Virus record (IMG/VR): IMGVR_UViG_3300005239_000324
Length of the DNA: 64,000 nt
Source of the DNA: an uncultured virus (IMG/VR IMGVR_UViG_3300005239_000324)
Taxonomy: Duplodnaviria; Heunggongvirae; Uroviricota; Caudoviricetes; Crassvirales
Strand: one strand, 5' to 3'
Shown: in pieces, positions 9,146-20,527 of the stretch
Layout: each line of letters starts with the position of its first letter
How positions within the stretch are numbered: position 1 is the stretch's first letter
The notes under the pieces: generated by a model
Told to the model about the DNA's origin: nothing
The model's input: the letters and a program-made list of their open reading frames with translations, nothing else
Database searches by the model: none
Position numbers and translations under genes: made by a program

Positions 9146-9165
9146 NNNNNNNNNNNNNNNNNNNN

Positions 9166-10270
9166 TCCTGGTAATTATATAGTTACTTACACTGTAGCAG
9201 GCGTAGGTTCTGCTAATTTCCCTATAAATATATCAGCTCTTGACGACGCATCGTTTAGCTATTCAGCTTCTGCTTTCTGTGCAGATGCTTCTAATCAAAC
9301 TCCAACTATAACAACTCCTGGTGGTACATTTACTACTCAAGATATAACTTTCTATCCCTTCAAAATGCAGTTTGATACAAGTGGTGGAAAAACAATTACA
9401 ATACCAGGAACAGTAGGCTCAAGCTTTACAGTAGATTGGGGTGACGGAAACACTACTACAGAAACAGGTGGAACAATATCACATACTTACGCTTCAGGAA
9501 TAGCTACCTCAACAGTTTCAATTGGAGCTCAAGGTGATTCAGGTGCTTTTACAACTTTTCAATTTAATAATAGTGGTAGTAAATCAGATTTAATTGATAT
9601 TACACAATGGGGTAGTATCGTTTGGTCAAGTATGGAAAGAATGTTTTTTGGATGTGACAATACTAACTTTACAACTATTACAGCAACAGACACTCCAAAT
9701 TTATCAATTTGCACCTCTTTGGCCCTTATGTTTTACAATTGTCATTATCTACAGAGTATAAATAATATTAATAATTGGGGTGTTTCAAACATTACTAATA
9801 TTGGTCAAATTTTTAGAGCTGCATATGTTTTTAATCAAGATATTTCAAGCTGGGATACTAGTTCAATAACAACATATTTTTATGCTTTTTTTAGTGCTAG
9901 AGCTTTTAATCAAAATTTAAGTAATTGGACTTTAAACACTTCACTTTCTAGTATTTTATCAACTTACGCTGACTCAGGTATTCAAATAAATCAATATACA
10001 GATACTATTGTAGGATGGGCAGTTCAAGTTTCTAAAAATTCAGCTCCTTATACTGTAAATATGGGTAATCAATATCCAATAGCATCAGCCTATTTTGACT
10101 GTACAAGAACTCAAGACACAGATAATTCTGGAAATAGTGTAGATTATTCTACTAAATATGGAAGTGATTGGACAGCAACAGGGTGGACTGATGCTGGAGA
10201 TGCTTTAAACTTTTTAATAGACTCAACAAGAAATTGGACTATATACGGACTTAGTGCTGGATGTGTTTAA
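9166..10270 (+). CDS. Ig/PKD/DUF285 adhesin, allele 2 (5' truncated)
   Basis: 9166-9350 near-identical to 7299-7483, then divergent; FNQDISSWDTS repeats. Confidence 0.85.
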
Positions 10271-10283
10271 AAATATTTAAAAT

Positions 10284-10466
10284 ATGAAAATTATAGCAGA
10301 AAATAATACTTGGTATATAGTTTATTTAGAAGATAAAAGTAAGATTTACTATGGTTTTTTGCCTAAAAATGAAATATTAGGTACAGGAATGCCAGTTGTA
10401 GAAGAATACACTAATGAGGCAGATTGGCTTGAAAGATTAAAAGAATTAGGAATAACACCAGAATAA
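10284..10466 (+). CDS. Small adhesin-partner protein, allele 2
   Basis: 60 aa; divergent N-terminus, conserved C-terminus versus 8606-8788. Confidence 0.7.
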   Translation: MKIIAENNTWYIVYLEDKSKIYYGFLPKNEILGTGMPVVEEYTNEADWLERLKELGITPE

Positions 10467-10467
10467 A

Positions 10468-11181
10468 ATGGGGATAGTAATAGATAGTAACGGAGTAATT
10501 AATGTAGCGGCATCAACGCCAGGTACGTATAGGATAACTTATACAACTAACAACTGCGTTAATAGCTCTTATCAAGATATTACTATTAATGCTTTACCAA
10601 CTATTTCTATTAGTGCATCTAGCACTTCTGTTTGTGCTGGAGATAGTGTAACTCTTACTGCTAGCGGTGCTGGCGCTGGAGGAAGTTATTTATGGGGCGG
10701 TGGACAGACAACAGCCGCAATCACTGTAACTCCAGGAACTACTACAACTTATTCTGTTACAGGTACCGATGCTAATGGATGTGAAAACACGGCAAACCAA
10801 CAAATAACAGTTACTGCTAGAGAAGACGCTACTTTCAGTTATTCAACAGGTAGCTACTGTCAAAATGCGTTAAGTAATCCAACACCTAATATTGAAGGTG
10901 CAACTGGTGGAACTTTTAGTTCTACAAGTGGTTTAGTATTTGCGGATAGTGGCAGTAACACAGGAAGCTCTACTGGAGAAATTAATTTATCTGCCTCTAC
11001 TGTTGGTAGTTATACAATTACTTACACAACACCTGGAACTTGCTTTGCTAGTTCTACAACACCAGTGGCAATAGCAGCAGCAGATGTAGTATCTCTAAGC
11101 TATTCAGCTAGTAGTTATCCACAGACAGGAACAGATCCTAAGTCCAACTATTTAGCCCCTTCTGGTGGGAACATTTATTGC
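10468..11181 (+). CDS. Fibre protein of tandem Ig-like modules (3' truncated)
   Basis: SVCAGDSVTLTASG...YSVTGTDANGC and FSYSTGSYCQ...GGTFS...GEINLSAST..SYTITY modules. Confidence 0.8.
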
Positions 11182-11201
11182 NNNNNNNNNNNNNNNNNNN
11201 N

Positions 11202-11941
11202 TATTAGATAGAGTGAGAGACACACCTACAAATCTTCAACCTATTACAAACACTCATTCTATTCAACTAGATGGAATTGATGATTATATTGATTTTGGAG
11301 ATAGTGATGATTTAAGTTTTGGTAATGGAACTACGGATTCTCCTTTTAGTATTTCTGCTTGGGTAAAACCAGACAGTACGACAAAGTTTAAACTATTTGG
11401 CAAATTTGACAGTAGCAATACTAACTATGAATATCAATTTGGCACATCCAATAGCAAAAATCTAGTTTTATCATTATATAACCAAAATACAGCGGATAGG
11501 ATTCAGCGGTATTATAATAATCCTTTAACATCTTTAGATTGGCAACATTGGGTTGCTACTTATGACGGTTCTGGTAATCCTGATAATATTAAAATTTATA
11601 TTAATGGTGTTCAAGTTGGAGATACGTCTGTAACTGTAGGCACATATACCGCAATGCAAAACACAGCTGCACCTTTACTTATTGCCAGCGAATCAGTCAA
11701 TTACGCAAATGGCTTAATAGACGAAGTAGCAATATTTAAAGTAGAATTAACAGGGCTACAAGTTGCGGCTATTTACAATGGTGGCACCCCAAATAATATT
11801 CTACCTTTAAGTCCAGTATTATGGTCTAGATTTGAATCACTTACAACTAATGCTGGAGTAGTTACTACAGCAGACTCTTCTGGAAATGGATTAACAGGTA
11901 CAGTAGAAAATGGAGCAAGTTTATCAACAGTAGTTCCTTAA
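11202..11941 (+). CDS. LamG/concanavalin A-like domain fibre protein, C-terminal part
   Basis: LDGIDDYIDFG, FSISAWVK, WQHWVATYDG, KIYINGV, GLIDEVAIF. Confidence 0.85.
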
Positions 11942-11950
11942 AATTAAAAA

Positions 11951-12195
11951 ATGAGTAATTTAACATACAACACAATAGCAATAGCAGATTTAAGCAATAT
12001 TGACTTTTCACAAGTAGAGCAGACAAGTGTTGAAACAATTAGAAAGTCTATTGATGAAACTCAGTTTATTATTAAGTGGGAAACACAGCCTAGTTTTATA
12101 GCAGATGGAACTGTTGTTCCTTTAGGACTTATACACACGAACAGTGTCTAGAATTAATGGCAACAAGTTTTTGGACAACGCCAGAACCTGAATAA
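11951..12195 (+). CDS. Small fibre-partner protein (about 80 aa; apparent 1-nt frameshift near 12127)
   Basis: IDFSQVEQTS.ETIRKS; shifted frame continues YTHEQCLELMATSFWTTPEPE like its paralogs. Confidence 0.65.
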
Positions 12196-12212
12196 ATATT
12201 AAAATAAAAAAA

Positions 12213-12464
12213 ATGAATAATAAAAGTTATATAGTAATTGAGTTAAGTCATACAAACTTAGTTTTATTCTCTCAAGTAGATCAGCAAAGTGCACAATCAA
12301 TGAGAAGAAATTTAGCAAATACTCAAGGGTTATTAAGCTATAGAGTAACTCCAAGTTTTGTTACAGATGGTAGTTTACCAATAGTAGGCGATGTGATGAA
12401 TCAAGATGAAGCTTTAGCATTGATGGCAACTGCAGCTTGGTCAGAACCAGATCCTACAGAGTAA
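12213..12464 (+). CDS. Small fibre-partner protein, paralog
   Basis: LFSQVDQQSAQSMRRN...WSEPDPTE; homologous to 62631-62873. Confidence 0.75.
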   Translation: MNNKSYIVIELSHTNLVLFSQVDQQSAQSMRRNLANTQGLLSYRVTPSFVTDGSLPIVGDVMNQDEALALMATAAWSEPDPTE

Positions 12465-12476
12465 AAAGTTACTTAT

Positions 12477-12492
12477 ACAAGTAAATATATAA
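12477..12492 (+). promoter_or_regulatory. Candidate phage promoter motif ACAAGTAAATATATAA
   Basis: Intergenic; related motifs at 29225, 34702, 46020, 62583. Confidence 0.45.
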
Positions 12493-12522
12493 GTAACAAA
12501 CAATTAAATTAAATCAAATCAA

Positions 12523-12771
12523 ATGAAAATTAAAGAAGAAGAATTAAAATTAATTCAAGAGCAACAAAAGCAACTTAACGAATTAGTTAACAACATCGGA
12601 TTATTAGAAAGCCAAAAGCATGGATTACTTCATGAAATAGCTGGAGTTAATAAAGAAATAGAAGATTATAAGGAAATATTAGAAGCTGAATATGGCGCTA
12701 TTAATATTGATCTTGAAGATGGTACTTATACTGAGATAAAAGAAGATGTCGAAGGTAATAAGGAAGATTAG
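12523..12771 (+). CDS. Hypothetical coiled-coil protein
   Basis: 82 aa; second copy 62903-63151. Confidence 0.75.
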   Translation: MKIKEEELKLIQEQQKQLNELVNNIGLLESQKHGLLHEIAGVNKEIEDYKEILEAEYGAINIDLEDGTYTEIKEDVEGNKED

Positions 12772-12973
12772 TATAGGTTCTGACTATAAGAACGATGCAA
12801 TGCATTATTCAACTGGTCAGGAAGTATATGGTGGACATACTATTAGCGATATTCTTTTTGAAGACAAAGACCAATCATATAATATTTTTATAACTAAAAA
12901 TAATGAAGTCTTACCTTGGAAAAAGTTTAATGCTAATATGTCAATATCTGTAGAGTATGATCTTAAGTATTAA
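12746..12973 (+). CDS. Hypothetical protein
   Basis: 75 aa IRKISIGSDYKNDAMHY; identical protein at 63126-63353. Confidence 0.75.
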   Translation: MSKVIRKISIGSDYKNDAMHYSTGQEVYGGHTISDILFEDKDQSYNIFITKNNEVLPWKKFNANMSISVEYDLKY

Positions 12974-13566
12974 TGCAAAGCTTATATTATTTTATTGTCA
13001 AACCTTTAAATGATAGGTATGACAATACAAGAAGAGTTGCTGATACTGATCTTATTATCAATAGTGGTATTGAAGATCATAGATTTATTAGTAAAAAAGC
13101 TGTAGTAGTTTCAACTCCTGCAGCTTATACTACTAAAATAAATATAGGAGATGAATTATATATTCACCATAATATATTTAGAAGATGGTATGATCAAAAA
13201 GGTAAAGAACGAAATAGTTCAACTCATTTTAAAGATGATCTTTATTTTGTTTCTCCTGAACAAATCTATATGTATAATTTAAAAACACATTTAGATTATT
13301 GCTTTATAAAACCACTTAAAAACCAAAGTGTTTTAGAGAATAGAAAAGAACAACCTAATGTTGGAATAGTAAAATATTCTAATAAGTCCTTAGAAGCTCT
13401 TAAAATAACACCTGGAACCCTTATTACGTTTACACCTAACTCTGAGTTTGAGTTTATTATAGAAGGTGAACGACTTTATTGTATGAAATCTAATGATATA
13501 GCTTTAACTCATGAATACCAAGGAAACGAAGAAGAAAATAATCCAAGCTGGGCAAAAGGCAGTTGA
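12973..13566 (+). CDS. Putative tandem (two-domain) GroES-like protein
   Basis: Two GroES-like halves: FIVKP...AVVVSTP...INIGDELY and CFIKP...GIVKY...ITPGTLITF...EFIIEGERLYCMKSNDI. Confidence 0.6.
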   Translation: MQSLYYFIVKPLNDRYDNTRRVADTDLIINSGIEDHRFISKKAVVVSTPAAYTTKINIGDELYIHHNIFRRWYDQKGKERNSSTHFKDDLYFVSPEQIYMYNLKTHLDYCFIKPLKNQSVLENRKEQPNVGIVKYSNKSLEALKITPGTLITFTPNSEFEFIIEGERLYCMKSNDIALTHEYQGNEEENNPSWAKGS

Positions 13567-13786
13567 GGAATTAATTAAGGTAGCAAAAGAAAAGATTGTT
13601 GACTCAGACGATGATGTAAGCGCTGATAGATTAAAGAATGCTGCCGCAACAAAGAAACTAGCTATATTCGATGCTTTTGAAATACTTAATCGTATTCAAA
13701 TAGAAGAAGATATGCTAAATGAAAAACCTAAGGAAGTTAAAGTACAAAAAACATTTAAAGGTTTTGCAGAAGGGAGAAGTAAGTGA
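13511..13786 (+). CDS. Probable terminase small subunit
   Basis: 91-aa helical protein overlapping the start of the large terminase; call by position only. Confidence 0.45.
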   Translation: MNTKETKKKIIQAGQKAVEELIKVAKEKIVDSDDDVSADRLKNAAATKKLAIFDAFEILNRIQIEEDMLNEKPKEVKVQKTFKGFAEGRSK

Positions 13787-14117
13787 GTTACGAACAAACC
13801 CTTTGGAAAGAAATTAAGGACGTTGTAAATCCTAAGATATTAGCTAAAAACAATAGATTTAAAAAATGGGATTATGGTTATAATTCTGATTATGATTTTA
13901 TAGTAATAAGTAAAACAGGTAAAATTGGACAAATCATTGAAATACAGGATCTCAGGATTGCTTTACCAGCAGCAAATGAACCGTTTAAACGAAGTAAAGA
14001 AAAAGCGGAACAATACTGGGAAAAAGCCGAATATCCAAAAGAATTAAGTAGAATTAAAAGTAGGTTTGACTGGGAGAAATATCCAGCTGAATTTAAAGAA
14101 AAGTGGTACGATTATAT
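13783..14117 (+). CDS. Probable terminase large subunit, N-terminal fragment
   Basis: GTG start overlapping upstream stop; position inferred from synteny; cut by spacer. Confidence 0.55.
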
Positions 14118-14137
14118 NNNNNNNNNNNNNNNNNNNN

Positions 14138-15702
14138 CCCATCTTGGAAAATACCAACTGCATTACCTATTCCAAGCATAAATTACACAACAGCTGGTAG
14201 TTTTAATGGAACATCTAGTAAGGTTGACATAGCAAGCACTAGCTTAGGAACAAGCAACACCGTGTCTTTTTGGTTTTATCACAATAGCTCTGGTAGTACT
14301 TTTGGCACTTTAGTAGGTGGTTCTACAACAACAAATCCAGGTTTAAGAAGTGGTCAAGCTTTTAATATTGGAGGAACTGTTGTTTCTTGTTCTTTTGATG
14401 CTGCTCAGTTTACTTGGAATAATCCTTGGTTTGCAACTGGAAATATTAAAAGTGATAATTGGAATCACGTTGTTTTTGTAAGAGACGCTTCTAAAGCAGA
14501 TGCTGATAAAATTCAATTGTCAATAAACAATAGTACTTTAACTAGTTATGATGTTATAAATTTTGCAACTCCTAATTTTTCTACACAAACAAATATAGCT
14601 AACTCTATAGGTCAAGGTTTTAGTGGTGTTCAACCTTTTGAAGGCTTTATTTCTAATGTATCTACTTTTACTACAGCTTTTACACAAGCTCAAGTAAATA
14701 CTCTTTATAATAATGGACAGCCTTCAGCTGATATATCTTCTTTATCACCTGTTAATTGGTGGAAATTAGATACTATAGGTTCTACAATTACTGACAATGG
14801 ATCTGCTGGAAATAACGGAACTAATACAGATGTTACAGCTGCTACAACAGATGTAAAAACTTCTGAGCTTAATATCCCAGTAAATGGAGTAAGTACAACT
14901 TTACCAAGTACAGCTTTACAACAAAGTGATTTACAATTTGATTCACCTTATAGTAACTATAGTTTAAGTTTTGATGGATCAGGAGATTATATAGATTGGA
15001 AATGTACAAAACAATAATAGTTTAACTTTTTCAACTTGGATAAATACAACATCTACAAATGCTTCTATTTGGCAAACTATAGCTACTAATCAATCAGCAG
15101 GAGCTGGTTATAGGTTTCAATATTTATTTAGCAATGGCAATTCAGTTATACTTCATGACTTACAGCACGGAGGAGGTAGCTCAAGCTCTGGTCAAACAGT
15201 AGTATCTGGTTTCAATGACGGTAATTGGCATCATTTTGCTTTTACATACGACGGCACTAGCAACATAAATGCAATTAGAATGTATGTAGACACTGTTGAA
15301 GTTTATACTAATAATTCTACCTTAAGTGGCTCAGGTATAGCCGCTAGCACGAGTAATCTTTATTTAAGTGGTGGGGCAACAAGCGCTTTCTTAGCAGCTA
15401 AATTTGACGAATTTTCTATATTTAATTATAGTTTAACCTCGGCCCAAGTATTAGAAATATATAATAATGGTAGACCAAAAGATTTAAGTACTTTCTCTGG
15501 AGCTGCACCTACTAATTGGTGGAGACTTGGTGAAAATGCTTATTTTAATACTGGAACTACACCTGGACCTGAATTTACTGTCCCTAACTCAATATCTGGA
15601 GCGAATAATGGAACTGGATATGGAACTATTACTACGATGATTTCAGCTAATGCACCTGGAACTTATGCAAATGGTATAGGAACAAATTTAGACATCTAGA
15701 TC
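14138..15702 (+). CDS. Multi-LamG fibre protein fragment (frameshift near 15000)
   Basis: Two LamG modules ending NWWKLD and NWWRLGE; linkers shared with 52253-54249. Confidence 0.8.
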
Positions 15703-15722
15703 NNNNNNNNNNNNNNNNNNNN

Positions 15723-16025
15723 ATACCTAACTCAAGTGAAGATATTAAGCAAGCTCACGCTGCTGCAATTGAATCTTATATAGAAACTTATGTAGGATTA
15801 AAAGATGATGGATACGGTGATATGTACCATCAAAAGACATTAGAAGATTGGTCTAAGTTCAATATAAACAATAGAACAAAGCACGATGCTTCGATAAGTT
15901 CAGGTTTAGCTATTATGGCTTGTAATAAAAATAGATACACGCCAGTTAGTAAAAGACAAAACAAATCTGTAGCTTTAGGTATTAAAAGATATGATAACAC
16001 GGGTTATAATTCAAAAATAAAATAG
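15723..16025 (+). CDS. Terminase large subunit, C-terminal fragment
   Basis: Near-identical to the 3' end of 21558-23266 (TKHDASISSGLA). Confidence 0.85.
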   Translation: MPNSSEDIKQAHAAAIESYIETYVGLKDDGYGDMYHQKTLEDWSKFNINNRTKHDASISSGLAIMACNKNRYTPVSKRQNKSVALGIKRYDNTGYNSKIK

Positions 16026-17360
16026 ATGATAAAAACTAATTACAATAGTTCTTTTCCAGATCAGGTCGTGCCGGATGTAGAAAAAGCTTCTTATGATTAT
16101 GGTTTACAAGTCGGTAGAGCCATTGAATCTGAGTGGTTTAGAAACGATAGAGGTTGGTACGATAGATTTAATACGAACTATAATAATTTCCATAAGCTAA
16201 GATTATATGCTAGAGGAGAACAATCTATTCAAAAATACAAAGACGAATTATCTATAAATGGTGACTTATCTTATTTAAACTTAGACTGGAAACCCGTACC
16301 AGTTATTCCTAAGTTTGTAGATATTGTTGTAAATGGTATGTCTCAAAGATCTTACGATATTAAAGCTTATGCTCAAGATCCTGAGTCTATAATGAAAAGA
16401 ACTGCTTATGCTGAAGCTCTACAAAGAGATATGATGCAAAAAGATCTTATCAACCAGATACAACAAATGACAGGACTAGATGTTTCTAAATCACAAGGTA
16501 AAGGTTTAGAGATGGAGAGTGAAGAAGATTTACAGCTTCATATGCAAATGGATTATAAAGAATCTATTGAAGTAGCTGAAGAAGAAGTTATTAATAATGT
16601 ATTAGCTAAAAACAAATATGATTTAACTAGAAGAAGATTAAATCAAGATTTAACTATATTAGGTATTGCAGCTACTAAAACATCTTTTAATAGATCAGAA
16701 GGTGTTACTGTTGATTATGTAGATCCAGCAAGTTTAGTTTATTCATATACTGAAGATCCTAACTTTGAAGATATATATTATGTAGGTGAAGTAAAGCCTA
16801 TTAGTTTACCAGAACTTAAAAAGCAATTTCCTTATTTAACACCTAGCGAACTAGAAGAAATACAAAAGTATCCAGGTAATCAAAACTACACTAGAAACTG
16901 GAGTGGTCGTTATGACGATAATACAGTACAAGTATTATATTTTGAATACAAAACTTATACTAATCAAGTATTTAAAATAAAGCAAACTGCATCAGGCCTT
17001 GAAAAAGCATTAGAAAAACAAGATACATTTATAGATGCACCAGAAGGTGATAACTTTAAAAAAGCATTTAGATCAATTGAAGTATTATATTCAGGAGCTA
17101 AAATACTAGGTCATGAAAAAATGCTTGAGTGGAAAATGGCTGAAAATATGACTAGACCATTTGCTGACACTGTTAAAGTTAATATGAACTATAACATCGT
17201 AGCTCCTAGATTATATAAAGGACGCATAGAATCAATTGTAAGCAGAATAACTGGTTTTGCTGATATGATACAGCTAACTCATTTAAAACTGCAACAGGTG
17301 ATGTCTAGGATAGTGCCTGATGGTGTTTTATGGATATAGATGGCTTAGCAGAAGTAGATT
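16026..17360 (+). CDS. Portal protein, N-terminal part
   Basis: Follows terminase; RLYARGEQ, WKPVPVIPKFVDIVV, VDYVDP..LV, ADMIQLTHLKLQQ resemble Bacteroidota podovirus portals. Confidence 0.8.
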
Positions 17361-17380
17361 NNNNNNNNNNNNNNNNNNNN

Positions 17381-17826
17381 CTGATACTCCAGCTATTGGA
17401 GGTTGTTACAGTGTGTTAATGGGTGGGGGAAATGGTCAATTATGGGCAAGAAGAGGTAATGGTACAAATGCTGAAACAACACAAAAAACATCAAACGCTT
17501 ATAACGATGGAAATTGGCATAACATAGTTTTTGTTTCTGATTCTACTATGCGTATTTATATAGATGGTGTTTTAGATGTTCAAAGCACAGTTAGCACTCC
17601 TTCAAGTATAGGAGGCACTACAACTGTTAAAATAGGTGATGGTTTTGCTAACTTCGCAGGTCAAATAGACGAAGTAGCAATATTCGATAAAGCATTAACA
17701 CCTGATCAGATTAAATTTGATTTATACGAACCAACAGCACTTGTAGGTGGAGTTGAAAAAACAGCAGATATAGAAAATAATACTAACCTACCAACGCCAG
17801 TGGCTTGGTACAGAATGGGAGATTAA
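17381..17826 (+). CDS. LamG fibre protein, C-terminal fragment
   Basis: NDGNWHNIV, IYIDGV, GQIDEVAIF, ends PVAWYRMGD like 54249 and 58866. Confidence 0.85.
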
Positions 17827-17827
17827 T

Positions 17828-18624
17828 ATGAGTACAAAGTTTTTAAGTCCAGGCTGGCGAATGCCAAGAAATGCTAATCAGAGCAAGCAAGCTAGTTATA
17901 GTTTAGATTTTCTAGGCGGTCAACAAATAGATTCAAGTTCAAATTTAGGTATTTCAGGAGCATCACCAAGAACATTCTCAGCTTGGATAAAAACCACTGA
18001 TGCTGGTGGCGGTTGGGATGTAATTGTAGCTACTGGTAACACGGGAAATACTGGAAACAATTTTGAGTTAGATTTTAGAGTGGGTAAAATAACTTTCAAC
18101 GATTGGGGTACAGACACGTTTAGCGGTGCTACTGTTAATGATGGTAATTGGCATAATATATGCTTAACATATAATGGAACTATTTTAAAATTATATATTG
18201 ATGGAATAGAAGACACTGCGGGAGATTTTCCAGCAACAAAGTCTGTTAGCTCAACAGATACACCAGTTAGAATTGGTGGAATGAACCATGTTGCAAAATA
18301 TTTTAATGGTCAAATATATGGAGTAGCCATTTTCGACTATGCGCTCTCTCCAAGCCAAGTAACAACTCTCTGGGGTGGTGGAACAGAAGTTTCAAACCCT
18401 ATGGCTTTACCAAGTCCACCTATCGCTTATTATCCTTTAGGTACATCTGCTTGGAACGGACAGTATTTAGCTGAAAACAATGCTATTGGAGATTATGTTT
18501 TTGATTTTGATGGAAATGATGATTATTTAGGTATAACATCAACTGATTTTAAAGGTAGTAGTGGAACAGTATCTTACTCATTTTGGGTAAAGCCTAACAC
18601 TTATAGTGGCAACAACTTTGGTTA
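17828..18624 (+). CDS. LamG fibre protein (3' truncated), allele of 54262-55362
   Basis: MSTKFLSPGWRMPRNANQSKQ start, FSAWIKT, NDGNWHNI, IAYYPLG. Confidence 0.85.
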
Positions 18625-18644
18625 NNNNNNNNNNNNNNNNNNNN

Positions 18645-19334
18645 CCAATGACTAAACAGTCTTTGATGTCTAGTATATCTAGGTACAACGTAGGTACGTT
18701 AGAAGAGTTATCTGGTTTAAATATACATGACTTTGGTATATTCTTAGAACTAGAGCCAGACGAAGAGCAAAGGCAAATACTAGAACAAAATATTCAAATA
18801 GCTTTACAAGCTGGACAAATAGGTCTTGAAGACGCTATTGACATTAGAGAAGTTGCTAATTTAAAGTTAGCTAATCAAATGTTAAAGAAGCGTAGAAAAG
18901 ATAAAGCAGCTAGAGAACAACAAGCACAGCAAGCTAATATGCAAGCTCAAGCACAGTCTAATGCACAGTTAGCAGAGCAAACAGCTATGGCAGAAGCTAA
19001 GAAGCAACAGATATTAACTGAGCAAAAGATGCAACTTGAAAAAGCTAAGAGTGATTTTGAAGTACAAAAGATGGAGAGAGAAGCACAAATTAAACAACAG
19101 TTAATGGAACTAGAGTTTAATTATAATATGCAACTTACTCAAGCTCAAGGACAAACTAAAAAGACTCAAGAAGAATTTAAAGAAGATCGTAAAGACGAAC
19201 GAACTAAAATACAAGCAACGCAACAATCTGAGTTAATAGATCAAAGAAAAAATGATTTATTACCGAAGAACTTTGAATCCGCAGGTAATGATACTATGGG
19301 TGGATTTGGCTTAGAGCAGTTTGGCCCTAAGTAA
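18645..19334 (+). CDS. Portal protein, C-terminal part
   Basis: HDFGIFLELEPD then long Q/A/E coiled coil; directly upstream of scaffold and MCP. Confidence 0.75.
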   Translation, partial: PMTKQSLMSSISRYNVGTLEELSGLNIHDFGIFLELEPDEEQRQILEQNIQIALQAGQIGLEDAIDIREVANLKLANQMLKKRRKDKAAREQQAQQANMQAQAQSNAQLAEQTAMAEAKKQQILTEQKMQLEKAKSDFEVQKMEREAQIKQQLMELEFNYNMQLTQAQGQTKKTQEEFKEDRKDERTKIQATQQSELIDQRKNDLLPKNFESAGNDTMGGFGLEQFGPK

Positions 19335-19360
19335 TTTTATATTAACTATTATATTATATT

Positions 19361-20508
19361 ATGTCAGAAGAAGTAAAAGAAGAAGGTTCTTTTAAAATAA
19401 AAAAGAAACCAGGTAGACCTAAGAAACTTACCAACAAAGGAGAAACTATAAAAGTAGATTTATCTAAAAAAGAAGATCCTGTAGAAGAAGAAGTAACAAA
19501 AGTTGTTATTGATGAAGCTAAGGAAGAGGCTGTTAAAGAAGAGCCAGTAAAAGAAGTTGTTAAAGAAACAACTGAAGAACTACTGAAGAAAAAGTAATTC
19601 CAATACAAGAGGTTACTGAAGAAGAAAAAGTAGAAGAAAAGAAAGAGCCAGTTATGGAAACTGCTCCAGAGCCAGCTAAGCCAGAAATTAACTTACCAGA
19701 AAATGTAGAAAAGTTAGTTAAGTTTATGGAGGAAACAGGTGGCACAGTTGAAGACTATGTTAGATTAAACGCTGATTACAGCAATATAAACGACGATGCT
19801 TTAATTAGAGAATACTACAAACAGACTAAACCACACTTAGACATCGAAGAGGTTAACTTCTTATTAGAAGATAACTTTTCATTTGACGAAGATGTGGATG
19901 AAGAGCGAGATATAAAGAAAAAGAAACTCGCCTTCAAAGAAGAAATTGCTAAAGCCCGTAAATTTTTAGAGGACACTAAGAGTAAATACTACGACGAAAT
20001 CAAGTTGAGACCCGGCGTAACTCAAGACCAACAAAAAGCTACTGACTTTTTCAATAGATACAACGAAGAACAGAAAATGGTTCAAGATCAACACAAGAGG
20101 TTCCAAAATAACACTAAAAACTATTTTAACCAAGAATTCAAAGGTTTTGACTTCAATATTGGTGAAAAGAAATTTAGATATGGAGTTTCGGATACTGATG
20201 GTGTTGCTAACACCCAATCTGATCTAACTAATTTTGTTGGGAAGTTCCTAAATGAAAAAGGTGAAGTAAAAGATTATGCTGGTTACCACAAAGCCATTTA
20301 TGCTGCTGAAAACGCTGATACAATAGCTAATCATTTCTATGAGCAAGGCAAAGCCGATGCTGTAAAAGATGTGATGGCTAAATCCAAAAATGTAAGTAAC
20401 GAACCAAGAGTAACGTCTACAGGTGATGTATTTATTAATGGATTAAAAGTAAAAGCAATTAGCGGTGTAGATAGTTCTAAGTTAAAATTAAAAATAAAAC
20501 AAAAATAA
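19361..20508 (+). CDS. Putative capsid scaffolding protein (one gene, frameshift near 19580)
   Basis: Acidic E/K/P-rich N-half, lies between portal and MCP; two track ORFs join by one base. Confidence 0.6.
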
Positions 20509-20527
20509 AACTTAAAACTAAGAAAAA

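Noticed and set aside
16023..16028. Terminase TAG directly followed in frame by portal ATG (also 23264-23269), suggesting stop recoding or a fusion
   Set aside because: Other genes are intact under the standard bacterial code and TAG ends the MCP normally; simple translational coupling explains it
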